From: the human T2T-CHM13v2.0 reference genome, Homo sapiens
DNA length: 64,000 nt
Assembly (NCBI RefSeq): GCF_009914755.1
Contig: NC_060936.1
Strand: one strand, 5' to 3'
In this document: one piece after another, positions 27,205 to 44,233 of the stretch
How positions within the stretch are numbered: position 1 is the first letter of the stretch
Layout of the letters: every line of letters starts with the position of its first letter
The notes under the pieces: generated by a model
The model's input: only the letters and a program-made list of their open reading frames with translations
Database searches by the model: none
What the model was told of the DNA's origin: nothing
Program-made: the position numbers and the translations under genes

Positions 27205-27734
27205 AGGGGTGGCCAAAGTCTTTGTGGACCAGCTGACTTAGCCTCTCCTCCTGGTAGTTCTGAGGAATCTGGGCAGCCCAAATGAGTGGGCTCCCCCCCA
27301 GCAAAACACACCCTCTCCACCAAGGGACAAAGAGCTTTGTTAAATGGGTCCTGGTCCCCATGCCACCCAACTGGATGAGACCCTCCAACAGGGGTTTTCA
27401 GACACCCTATATAGGAGTGATCCTACTGGCATCAGATTGGGGTCCCTCGAGGTCAGAGGTCCCAGAAGAAGGAGAAGGCACTCACCTTTGCTGCTCTCCA
27501 GCCTCCTTGAGTAACATCTCCAGGCATGGGAGTGAATCAGATGAATAAGGCCTGAAGTGAACCCCCAGTAAACTGCAGCAGCCCTACAGAAGACGGACCT
27601 GACTATTGAAAGAAAAACAAACAAGCAGAAGGTGACAACAGCAGCAGCAACAACAACAACAACAAAAAGGCCCCCACAAAAATCCCATCCAAGGGTCAGC
27701 AGCCTCAAAGACTGAAACTAGACAAACTCACGAA

Positions 27735-28740
27735 GCTGAGAAAGAATCAACATAAAAATTCTGAAAACCCAAAAGGCCAGACTGCCTCTTCTCCTCCAAA
27801 TGATTGCAGTGTCTCTCCATCAAGGGTGCAGAACTGGACGGAGGATCAGATGGATGAATTGACAGATGTAGGCCTCAGAAGATGAGTAATAAAAAACTAT
27901 GATGAACTAAAGGAGCATGTTCTAACCCAATACAAAGAAGGTAAGAACCTTGATGAAAGTTTAGAGGAATTGCTAACAAGAATAACCAGTTTAGAGAGAA
28001 ACATAAATGATCTGATGGAGCTGAAAAACACAGCATGAGAACTTCGTGAAGCTTACACAAGTATCAACAGCCGAATCCACTAAGTGGAAGAAAGGATATC
28101 AGAGTTTGAAGACAACCTTACTGAAATAAGACATGCAGACAAGAATAGAGAAAAAAGAATTAAAAGGAATGGAGAAAGCCTCCAAGAAACATGGGACTTT
28201 ATAAAAAGACTGAACCTACGATTGGTTGGAGTACCAGAGGAGATGGGAGGAATGGAAACAAGCTGGAAAACACACTTCAGGATATTACCCTGGAGAACTT
28301 CCCCAACCTAGCAACACAGGCCAAAATGCAAATTCAGGAAATACAGAGAACACCATTGAGATACTCCACGAGACACATAATAATGAGATTCTCCAAGGTC
28401 AAAATGAGGGAAAAACTAAGGGCAGCCAGAGGGAAAGGCCAGGCCACCTACAAAGGGAAGCCCAACAAACAAACAGTGGACCTCTCAGCAGAAACCCTCA
28501 AGCCATAAGAGATTGGGGTATCAATATTCAACATTCTTAAAGAAAAGAATTTACAACCCAGAATTTCATATCCAGCCAAACTAAGCTTCATAAGCAAAGG
28601 AGAAATAAAATCCTTTCCAGACAAGCAAATGCTGAGGATTTTGTTACCACCAGGCCTGCCTTGCAAGAGCTCCTGAAAGAAGCACTAAATATGGAAAGGA
28701 AAAGCTGGTATTAGCCACTGCAAAAACACAAAATATAAAG
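27735..28740 (+). pseudogene. L1 ORF1 remnant with stops and frameshifts
   Basis: Peptides EERISEFEDNLTEIRHADK and ENFPNLATQAKMQIQEIQRTP. Confidence 0.88.
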
Positions 28741-28798
28741 ACCAATGACACTATGAAGAAGCTGCATCAACTAGTGTGCAAAATAACCAAACAACATC

Positions 28799-32830
<4,032 letters not shown>

Positions 32831-33162
32831 TCATGGCCTTTGCAGGGATATGGATGAAGCTGGAAGCCATCATCCTTAGCAAACTAACACAGGAACAGAA
32901 AACCAAACACTGCATGCTCTCACTCATAAGTGGGAGTTGAACATAGAACACATGGGCACAGAGAGGGGAACAACACACACCAGGGCCTATTGGGGGGTGG
33001 GGGGTAAGGTGTGAGGGGAAGGAACTTAGAGGATGGGTCAATAGGTGCAGTAAACCACCAAGGCTCACATATACCTATGTAACAAACCTGCACATTCTGC
33101 CCATGTATCCTTTTTTTTTTAGAATAAATAAAGAAAAAAATTTAAAAAGACACAAATTACCA

Positions 33163-33802
33163 AAATAAAAAATCAAAGGATTGTAAGGGATATTATTAAT
33201 AACTTTATTCCAATAACTTAGGAAACTTATATGAAAAGAACACATTTCCAAAAAGTTGCAATTAACACATTTGACCCAGGAAGAAATAGAAAATTTGAGT
33301 AGGCATATAATAAATAAATAAAGTAAATTAGTTATTAAAAATCCTCCCACAAAGACAAACCCAGGCCCAGATAGCTTTACTGGTGAATTCTATCTAATAT
33401 TTAAAGACGTATTGTCAGTCCTTAACAAATTTGTTTAGGAAGTAAAGGAGGGAACACTTCCTAATTCATTCTATGAGACCAGTATTTCCCTAGTACCAAA
33501 GCCAAACAAAGACCTCACAAGAAAAGGAAACTATAGACAAATAGCCTTCATGAACACAGACATAATAATTACTACCACAATATTATCAAATTAAATCCAG
33601 CAACATATAAAATGAATTATACACCAAGACAAAGTATCCCAGAGTTATCAAAAGTTTATCCCAGGAATGCAAAGTTGCTTTCTGATCTGAAAATCAACCT
33701 AAAACAGGAAGGACAAATACCACAATGCCCATCTCGATAGATACATAAAAAGCATTTGACAAAATCTAATATCCATTTATGATTAAAAACTCTCAACAAA
33801 TT
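33163..33802 (+). mobile_element. Ancient L1M ORF2, part 2 (continues 25250-25953)
   Basis: ccaggcccagatagctttactggtgaattcta; gatacataaaaagcatttgacaaaat. Confidence 0.85.
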
Positions 33803-33811
33803 AAGAATAAA

Positions 33812-34700
33812 CAAGAAAAAACAAACAATTCCATGAAAAACAAAACAACCCCATTAAAAAGTGGGAAAAGGACATGAACAGGCACTTCTCAAAAGAAGAC
33901 ATTCATGCAGCCAACAAACATATGAAAAAAGCTCAACATCACTGATCATTTGATTGCAAATCAAAACCAGTGAGATACCATCTCACACCAGTCAGAATGG
34001 CGATTATTAAAAAGTCAAGAAACAACAGATGCTGGCAAGGTTGCAGAGAAATAGGAATGCTTTTACACTGTTTGTGGGAATGTAAATTAGTTCAGCCATT
34101 GTGGAAGATGGCATGGTGATTCCTCAAGGAACTAAAACCAGAAATACCATTTGACCCAGCAATCCCATTACTGGGGATATACCCAAAGGAATATAAATCA
34201 TTCTATTACAAAGATATATGCGCACATATGTTCATTGCAGCACTATTCACAATAGCAAAGACATGGAATCAACCCAAATGCCCATCAATGACAGACTGGA
34301 TAAAGAAAATGTGGTACATATACACCATGACATAGTATGCAGCCATAAAAAGGAATGAGATCATGTCCTTTGCAGGGACATGGGTGGAGCTGGAAACCAT
34401 TGTCCTTAGCAAACTAACGCAGGAACAGAAAACAAGACACCCTATGTTCTCACTTATAAGTGGGAGCTGAACAATGAGAACACATGGGAAGGGGAACAAC
34501 ACACACTGGGTCCTGTTGGCGGGTGGGTTGCAGGGAAGGAGAGCATTAGGAAAAATAGCTAATGCATGCTGGGCTTAATACCTAGGTGATGGGTTGATAG
34601 GTGCAGCAAATCACCATGGCACATGTTTAGCTAAGTAAAAAATCTGCACATCCTGCACATGTGCCCTAGAACTTAAAAGAAAAATTAAAAGAAAAAACAA
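33812..34700 (+). mobile_element. 5'-truncated L1PA 3' end inserted in the L1M
   Basis: ORF2 C-terminus and 3' UTR ending ctagaacttaaaagaaaaatt; weak TSD aagaataaa/aagagtaga. Confidence 0.9.
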
Positions 34701-34846
34701 AAGAGTAGAAGGGAACTTCTTCAACTTGTGGATTTGGTGGCTTTTGTACAATTCTCTAAATTTACTACAATAATTTAAGTTTAGATTTACAATGGGTACA
34801 TTTTATTATATGTAAATTACACATCTGTATAGCTATTCAAAAAATT
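34701..34846 (+). mobile_element. L1M remainder and probable 3' terminus
   Basis: agaagggaacttcttcaacttg resumes ORF2, then an L1M-like end attttattatatgtaaattacac...aaaaaa. Confidence 0.55.
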
Positions 34847-35469
34847 AAACATGGCTAAATTTCCTCATTCTTATCAGTAGGAGCTGTTATGAGCAAGAAG
34901 TAGATCTTTATTATGTTCTCTTTGGAGCACAGCTCATTAGGATTGCTCAATCATTTTTTAGTCAATTACTCAACTGAGCTTTAAAAAACTAATCATGTTC
35001 CATGGACTATGACATTCAAGTAGCTACATGTCCTTGCCATACTAATTATCTTTTAACTACTCTTTTTTTTTTTTTCCTAAAAGCAGCTTTTTGTACCTGC
35101 TTTCTCATCTCTGTGCCTTTGCATACACTGTACCCTTCAGCCACTACATGGTGCTTTTGGCCTGTGTAGCCTGGTTGCTGTCCAGAATGACTTCAGGGTA
35201 GTTTAAGAGAGGGAGACACAAGATGTGAACAATGTTAGATGGGTAAGTCAAAAGCTGGCAACGGTCTTTATCAGAAACAATTAGACAACTTTAACTCACA
35301 CTCATAGGATAGATCTTTTCTCTCTCTCTCTCTCTTTCTCGGCAAAAATTGAGTATGAAGTATCTTATGGCTCAGAATTTTTCTGAAATGTGTGTTCCTT
35401 GGGCTGTGTGCACACAAAAGCCAACCTTATGAGGGAGCAAGTGGGTAGGTACACAGGCAATGGGGCTTC

Positions 35470-37440
35470 ATGTATTAATTCTTCAACCAATATTTATTCA
35501 GTGTCTGCTCTGTCCCAAGTGCTGATCTGGGTATTGGAGACCCAGCACTGTACAAAACCAAGTCTCTGCCCTCATGGGGCATACATTGTATTGGGAGAGA
35601 AACAAACAATAAGCAAAGAGACACTGATATTTAAGCTGTGAGAGTTTTGGAAAGCCTTGAAAAGAGAAAAGGAGAATGTGGGAATGTGGAAGTGGCAGTT
35701 ACAATTGGATAGGAGTGGCCAGCCAAGGCCTTCCTAACAAGATGACATTTGAATGTGTCTGAAGGAAATGAGGGAGGGAACTGTGCAGCTAACTTGGAAA
35801 AAAGCAACCCAGGCAGAGAGAACAGGAAATACAAAGGATTGTAGGCAGGAGGATTCTCGGCATATTCAAGCATGAAAAAGGAGGAAATGCATGTAGCTGT
35901 AGCACAGAATATAAGGGGTACATGGTAGAGATAAGTTCAAAGAAGCAGAGGTGATGTGGCTTGTAGATCATGAAGGACCTTGCAGGGCATTTTAAGGCCT
36001 TTGGATTTTAGTCTGAGTGAAGAAGGAGCTATTGAAGGACTTTGAGCAAAGAAGTGACATAATCTGACTTTTTAAATAAAGGGATTACTCTGGCTACTGT
36101 GTTGAGGTTGGCTATAGTAGGGTAGAGGTAGAAGTGGGGAGACCAGTTAAGATGCTATTGCAGTAATCCAGGTGAGAGGTGGTTGTGGCTTAGATCAGGG
36201 TGTTAGCAGTGAGAAGTGACCATGTTTTGTATATGTTTTTAAGGAAGAGCCAACAAGAGTAGCTGATGATTAGATACAGGGTGTGAGAAAGAAAGAGAAG
36301 GGTCAAAAATTAGTACTTACTTTAGTCATTTAACAAAAGTTTATCTAATACTAATTATATGCCAGGCACTGTTCCAGGTTCTTGACAAATATTGACTCAA
36401 TCTTTGCAATAGCCCTATGCAATAGGTACTATTTCTTTATCCTCATTTTCCTGCCTTCAAGGTTTTGGCTCTGAGAAGCTAGGAGGATGGAGTTGTCATT
36501 TACTTAGAGAAGACAGTATAAAGAAGAGGTTCAAGGTGATATGTTAAGGCTGATGTTAATGTTGAGATGGCTGAAACAACTTCATGGAGATGTCAAGTGG
36601 GCAGTTGGTTAAAGAAGTCTGGAGTTAAGGAGTGTGGTCTTGGCTGGAGACATACATTCAGTGGTCATCTATGTAAAGATGGTATTTGAAGATGAAACTG
36701 ATGAGATCTCCAAGCGAGAACAGATACAGAAGAGGAGAGGACCAATGACCAAGCTTGAGGCCATGCAATATTTAAATATGGAGACAAACTATCAGCAAAG
36801 ACAGAGAAATGGCCAAAGAGCTTGACATCCTGAAAGCCAAGTAAAGAAACTGTTTGAAGGAGGAGGAAGTGGGCAACTGTGTTAAATGCCATAATTGGTC
36901 ACATAAGAAAGAATTGGGAATTTATATATTGGTTACTTCAAGAAACAGGAGGAGGAGAATAGAAGATGGGAGTGAAGATAACTCTTTTGAGGCATTTTCT
37001 GTAAAAAGAAGTAGAGAAATATGGCAGCAGCCAGAGAATAATATAGGAGCAGGAGGGTTGTTCTTTTTTTATTTTGTTTTAAGGATGAGTAAAATGGCAC
37101 ATTTGCATGCTGGTGGAAATGGTCCAGTAGAAAAGGAAAAAAAATATTGATACAGGAGAGAGAAAATTAAAGGATGTGAATGAGAAACTGAGAGAGGATG
37201 ATCAAGTAGAGGGCTTAGACTTGGATAGAAGCAGAGACAAGTCATCCTCAGTTCGTGGAGAGAAAGTAGGATGTATGGAGACAGATGCCTCTTTGGAGGG
37301 AGATGTGGCTGACACTGGGACTCCCTCCAGATTGTTTCTATTTTTCAGTGGACTAGAAAAAAGGTCATAAGTTGAGAATGAAGATCAGAGGAAGCATTGG
37401 AATTTTGAGAAGAGAGGTGTGAAATGAATATCCAGGAAAA
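35470..37440 (-). mobile_element. Long L2 (L2a-like), with a MIR-like piece near 36325-36450
   Basis: ttcaaccaatatttattcagtg 3' end; gagaccagttaagatgctattgcagtaatccaggtgaga. Confidence 0.8.
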
Positions 37441-38124
37441 TGATGACTGTCAGCCAAAGCATTTGCCCAACCACAGGTCACTCCATCCTTCCAGTCTCAG
37501 TACTTGGGTCTGGAAAAGTTTGGTTTTCAAGGGGTCCCTATTAGAATGCAAATATTTGGGAACCCAGGTGTTCTTCAGCTGATTTTCTTGATTAACACAT
37601 TTGTGTCAGAGGATGTCTGAGCTGTGAGGCAGTGTGAGTCAGATCCCTCAGGTCCTGATGGTTTTACTTGATTGTTCCTGGGAAATCTAAATTTCACCTT
37701 CTCTTATCTATTTCAAGGAAAGTAATTTATTAAATGTAAACTGAATGTAATTCATTTGAAAAGATTTGCAAGATTTAATATAGTGAAATCCACATATCAG
37801 AAAAATAATTTATCAAGCCATTTTTCCCAATTTTTTCCTGTAGAAATCAGACGTAAGACCAAGCCTTTGGTGAGCATCAAGTAAGTGGTGGTAGGAGAGA
37901 CATCTATTCTTACAAAGGAGGAAAGGGGTCTCCTACTGAAGGAGAGGCATTGTTTCAGACTAATAGTTACTTTACAATTATGGAGATTTTCTCTGTGTCT
38001 GTCAAAGCTAAGCATCACTGAATTAATACCCCATCCCAAATTAACAAATACTGAGCAGGAACATACTAACTTGTCCTGTCTTCTACTATTAGGGCCAAAG
38101 AATTTCTACAGAATTTTCTTTTTT

Positions 38125-38470
<346 letters not shown>

Positions 38471-38867
38471 CAGAATTTTCTTTTTTAAAAAGTGTGTTTT
38501 CTTACCTCTAGGATAGCAAAAAAATGCTTGACATAAGGCACATGGGCTCTGGCATATCGCTGAAGCTTGCTTTAGAATCCAAGTTCTCTTGCATTCTAAC
38601 TTTGTGATACTGGGAAAATGTCCTAATCTCACTGAGACACTTTCCTCTTCTCTAAATCACAGGCTACTGATGAAGGTTGTTATGAAATTCAATGAAACAA
38701 CATGTCATAGTAAGTGTGCAGGCCTGTGTCTGGCATATTGAAAGGGCTATCATTATGAATTGCATGTTGCTAGACACTTAGGTGTTATCTTCCCTTATAC
38801 CTGGAGAAGCATCTAGAGCTCCCTCTGAAGATTTCTGCTTAAACTTGTATTGGGAAATCCAGCTTTA

Positions 38868-38895
38868 TACACACACACACACATTTTATATATAC

Positions 38896-38934
<39 letters not shown>

Positions 38935-38937
38935 TAC
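38868..38937. repeat. (CA)n(TA)n(CA)n microsatellite
   Basis: Read directly from the sequence. Confidence 0.9.
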
Positions 38938-38949
38938 AGTTTTTCACTA

Positions 38950-39794
38950 TACTGTCACTCAAAACACTCAGTACTTCATTTCTGACCATTAAAATGTATG
39001 GGCTTTTTTTTCCCACATCAAGCAATTCTCTAATTCTCTGCAGATACCAACTGGGTGTCCTATAGTTCAATACAATCCTGATACCAATCCAAGTTAGCAC
39101 AGACACCACAGGTTAAGGGTTCAGTCCCACCAGACTGCCCCCCACTTCAGATGCCAGTCATAAGAAGTAGGTCCCTATGTTACCCACAACTTCTGTTCCA
39201 CTTGGCTACAAATCAGAAGTTCTCATGATCCTCCTCTTGGGTTCAATAATTTGCTACAGCTGCTTGCTCACAGACCCAAGAAAACAGTTTACTTACTAGA
39301 TTACTGGTTGATTACAAAGGCTATATTAAAGGATACAACTGAACAGCCAGATACATAGAGCAAGGTATGGGAGATGTGGCATGGAGCTACATGCCCTCTC
39401 TGGGTGGACAGCCCTCCCAGCACCTCCAAGTGTTCAGCAACCAGGAAGCTCTGTGAACCCCAACCCTTTGAGTTTTTCTGGAGGCCTCATTACATAAGCA
39501 TGATTGATCGTTGATCATTAATGATTAACTCAATCTCCCACCCCTTTTCCCTCCCCAGAGGTTGAGAGGTGGGGCTGAAAGTTGCAATCCTCTAATCACA
39601 AGGTTGGTTTCCCTGGCAACCAGCCTCCCATCCTTCAGGGCTTTCCAAAAGTCATCTCATTATTAAACTCAGGTGTGTTTGAAAGGAGCTTGTTATGAAT
39701 AACAAAATATCTTTATTGCTATTATCAAGATTCCTGGCCAGAAACCAGATATGAAGATCAAAATATATATTTCCTATTACATCATAATATTACA
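38950..39794 (-). mobile_element. MER21-family LTR (MER21C-like)
   Basis: caactgggtgtcctatagttcaa...cacaggttaagggttcagtcccac...ggggctgaaagttgcaatcctctaatcaca. Confidence 0.8.
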
Positions 39795-40907
39795 ATACAC
39801 AACCCAAAGACCCACATACCACTAAAACAGGGAAATAAAAGAAGAGTTGGAAAGTGGGGAATGTACAGGCTATGTTTTTAATTATCTCCTTGGTAATATA
39901 AACACGTCAGAGACTGCTGTATATTTTGCTCATCTCTAGCTGGCCTAAGACTCTGGGAATCCTTAGCCAGTAGATGAGGAGGACATCTTTGTTTTACCAT
40001 AATATTGTAAAAGTTCCAGAAGGGTGGGGACCATGTGTCTAACTGAACTCAGTAAAGCTGCTTAATAACTCATTAAATGAAAGGATAATAATAAAAAAAA
40101 ATGTGTGCCTGTCCTCAGCAGTTGGGTTTCAAAGGACTGCAGCCACAAGGTCCATCTCACATGGCTTGGCCCCGGGAAGTGAGTGGGTGTGCTGGCGGCT
40201 GCACTTGAAGCTGGTTTTAATGATACCCTCCAACAACTGCATCCTTTGCTGATACAGCTGTTTCAATCTTGCAGCTGTTGTGCTCTTGCTTATATGTCAC
40301 TGTTTAAAATGAGGATAGCAGGAAAAACTCTTGGGGCCACATATAGAACCCCCATGGGCAGAGTCCTCAAACTGGGATGTTCCGGAAGCAAGAGAGCCAA
40401 GGCTCTGTGTTATGCAGAAAGCCTGGGCTTCTGTGACCTCTGTGTATCAATCAGCCCAGATTCTAGACACTCTGTCCTGGATAGGGCCCCAGGATAGGCC
40501 CACTGGGCAAAGCACGAGCCGATAACTCAAACTGTTATCCGTGAACCTGACCAGGCGGGAGGGAGTCAGTGTGTGTAGTTTATAGGCCACAGCCATGAGG
40601 CCATATGTCTTTTACAGCCAGCTGGAGTGTCAGGCTGATCCCATGCTTGTCACCTGGCCCTTTTCTTCCCTGGCAAGTGACTGCTGATTCCTCTTGTAGG
40701 CCCTCCAGAATCTGGGACTATCAGTGCAGGTTGCAGGTTATGCTGTGCAAGGGTTTTTAGTTTCTTTATTTAGCCATGGAATCTCATCTCCCAACAAACT
40801 CTCAGGCCAAAGCCGGATATATAAAAACAGTTAGTTCTGGAAGTATTTGGCATGAAGTGGTAGTAGATGAACCAAAGCTGGCTATCTCTGCCACACCAAA
40901 ATTCACT

Positions 40908-40933
<26 letters not shown>
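40908..40933. repeat. (CA)n microsatellite
   Basis: Read directly from the sequence. Confidence 0.9.
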
Positions 40934-40938
<5 letters not shown>

Positions 40939-41049
40939 GACACTCATTGAGTTACCTCTATAGAATTCTTAGGACTCTAAGCAGAGGCAGTTAGAAAACC
41001 CCTGATAGTGCCATTTTTTTCATTTTTATAGATGAGAAAGCAACTCTAG

Positions 41050-41390
41050 GTCTTTCCTGCCTAATGTAGAAGCTACTAGTCCCAGGTAGCCACTGAGCAT
41101 TTGAATGGCTAGTCTGAACCGGGGTGTGCTGTGGTTGTAAAACACATGCAGGATTTCAAAGACTTGGTACCAAAAAAAAAAGAATGTAAAAAATCTCATT
41201 AATACGTTTTTTATTGAGGGCATGCTGAAGTAATAATAGTTTGGATAGATCAGGTCCAATAAAAAATACTATTAAAAGTAATCCCATTTGTTTTGTTTTA
41301 CTTTTTAAAATATGACTATAAGAAAATTCAGAATTACGCAGTGGCGTACATTCATGGCTTTCTAAATTATAATTGTATTGAACAGCAATG
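41050..41390 (-). mobile_element. MER33 (hAT-Charlie)
   Basis: gcatttgaatggctagtctgaa...ggatttcaaagacttggtac...aaaatctcattaata. Confidence 0.8.
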
Positions 41391-42380
41391 GTTTCTATTG
41401 TTTTGCTAAATGCCTTTTCAAGGCTATCTGGATCATTGGAGACAGGTCAGAACTCCTAACTAAGTGCTCTCTCCTTTCCACCATCCCCACATGATTCATT
41501 TACATGGAGAGGTAATTGACAGATAGAAGCTTACATTAACATCCTTGGGGAGTTTCCTTTAATTTAATGGGATAAGAGGAAAGAACTTGCAGACAAAGGT
41601 AAAGGTGGGGTAGGATTAGGCCCATGGATGATCTTCCTAATGACTTTTGTTATCTAGAGCATTGACTTAGAAGCACCAACTTAGAAACAAGAAGGGCTGA
41701 GTCTAGAGCCTTTGACAATTACTCTCTCTCCTTGCGTAAGTCACTAGACTTCCTGGGTCTCATTTTTCTTATCTGTAAAGTGAGGAGATAAGTTCACAGC
41801 ACCCAAAGTCGTCTTCAGCTCTGGAATTCCATGACTCACCATTTTTGTCTTCACCCATATTCTTCAGTGCTAGCAAATACTTTTTGATATAGTGTTCCTG
41901 CATTTATTTCTTTTAACTTCTTGATCACCCTCTTCTCCTAAAACCCAACTTCAGCTAAGATAAGTAGGATTGGGAAGGGAAGATTATTTCGAAGACAACT
42001 GCAAGTCACTCCTCTTTACTCTTGACCCCAACAGCAGTGAAAGATGAGCTGTGTGCTCTTACCTCTAGCTCAGTAAAGGAGGACCAGGAGGAGGAAGACG
42101 GCAAGGAGGGAATGAAGGGGGAGGAAGCAGAGAGATGGGGAAAGAAGAGGAAAAAGATGAAGAAATAAGAAGAAAATGGGTTTTAGCAATGCATACCTGA
42201 AGGGATGATGAGCCTGGACTCTCTGGACTCCTAGATTATGAACTCCTGCAGTGGACCATGTCCTATTTTTTGGAGGCGTTGGGGGGAATTGTCTTACGCA
42301 GCACCCAAGCACACTGCTATGCAATGGACCACAGATAGGAAGCAAGCACTGCATTTGGCTCACTGAGTTTGTAGCCCCTG

Positions 42381-42390
42381 CCTTTTATAG
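42381..42390 (-). promoter_or_regulatory. Candidate TATA box of a minus-strand transcript
   Basis: The minus strand reads CTATAAAAGG, followed by Inr-like TCAGT and downstream GT donors. Confidence 0.45.
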
Positions 42391-43808
42391 CCAGCAAGTT
42401 GATAATAATTGTGAGAGTGAAGGCAGATGAAACACACAGTACTCAGAGTGAGATGTCAAACAACAAATTTACTGAGCTTTTTACCTTCCTTCTGAGCCCC
42501 TATGAAGCAGAAAACACCCAGACATTGTTTTAAGTTAGGGAGTTTCCAGCTTTGCAAGTGAACTCCCTGGCGGAGGGCCAGGCCTGCCGTCAGCTCGTGG
42601 GAGCGAGCAGCATTCTCGGGGTTGTGTTGGAAGTTCCAAGCGTATGATGCATTTATGGCAGGATGGAGCTGGTACCTATAGGTTTAGGGTTTAATTTTTG
42701 TTCTAGAACGTACTTCCTCTCTGAATTGCCGCATGTGCTGAGACGCTGGTTGTGCTGTTTCCTTCTGAAGCCCTCTCTGTTTTAAGTGTTGCCTCGAAAG
42801 GAATGATGAGGCGAGAAGCTTGTCTCAGGCCCCAACCACACCTGGCAGCCCTGAGGGGAGAGCAGTGTGAGGGGACATGGCTCTGTGGCCCACAGTAACC
42901 CATTGTCTTCCCTTCACGTGGGCTTCGCAGAGGGCAGAAGGGACTGGCACTGCTTTGAAAGGCAGTGTGAACTCAACCTCTCCCGCCCACACCAGGGACA
43001 CCAACCTTTGGGGTTAGCTTAGCCAGCAACCAAAGAACATTTAATTAAAACATACTTTTTAGAAAGGAAGAAAAGAGGCCAACACAAAATAGCTATTTAA
43101 AATGCCAGATTTCTGGAAAATCAGAAGAGAGTAAAGCTGGAGCAAATTCTCCGGTGGTGGTGGTCAGGGGGTTGCAGTCAGGACTCCTTCAGGGCCATTA
43201 TCCTGCTGCTTCTGGTGTCCAGTACCTGCCTCTCAGAAGACAGAACACAAAACCAAGCTCTACCAAAGCCAATAACCAAGTATCAAATACTGTGAATCAG
43301 GGTTCCTTTTGGAAGTGTCCACTGAGGCCCTCTCAGCCAGAACACAAAATTCGTTTCCCTTAATATCCTGCAGGCATATGGATAAACTGCTCCTTTGGCA
43401 GTTTCTTAACTGAATGGGGGCTGATGGAGCCCAGCCAGGCTCCAGGTAAATGAGACTGTAAAGTGGGGCTCAAAGAAAATGTCCTCTGGGTTGCGCATGC
43501 TCTGTTGACACAGGGCTGGTTAAAATGTCCTGGAGTGGGAGGTCCAGGTCCAGGTCACTTCCTTACTAGTGCCTCAGGGAGACTCTCCCTTCTCACCAGG
43601 GCTTATGGTCCTTTGTATTTTTCTCACAGAACTGAGGATCCCAGCCCTCCCATCTCCATCCATGCTCAGGGATTGTAGTGGGGGAAGAAGGACCTCCCTT
43701 TCTGCGTGTCCCCTCACTTGTCTTCTGAGAGCTACCTGTAAAAGAGACAGGCTTTGAGCTACAAACAAAAGCCAAGCACTCCAAATCTAGGGAATTGCAG
43801 GGTCACCT

Positions 43809-44233
43809 TGTACATTACTCAACTTGGACTGCCGTAACAAAGTATTAATACAATAGACTGGGTGGCTTAAACAGCAGAAATTTATTTTCTCATGGTTCTA
43901 GATGTTAGAAGTCCAAGATCAAGGTGCTGGCAGAGTTGATTTCTTTTGAAGCCTCTCTCCTCTGCTTGCAGATGGTTGTCTCTTCCCTTTATCTTCGCAG
44001 GGTCTTCCTTCTATGGTATCCTCTCTCTTTATAAGGACACCAATCGCCTTGGATTAGGGACCACCTTATGACCTCATTTTAACTCAATTACCCCTTCAAA
44101 GGCTCCGTCTTCAAATACATTTTGTAGTACTGTAACTCAAATGTGTAGTGCTGTAACTCAAATCTCTTCAAATATATTTTGTAGTACTGTACTCAACATG
44201 TGAGTTTTGGGAAGACACAATTCAGCCCATACA
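43809..44233 (-). mobile_element. MLT1A/B-type MaLR LTR
   Basis: ctgccgtaacaaag...gactgggtggcttaaacagcagaaatttatt...gacacaattcagcccataca. Confidence 0.8.

Noticed and set aside
38498-41845. Isolated strong minus-strand donors near 38505 and 41838
   Set aside because: I found no convincing paired acceptor at exon distance.
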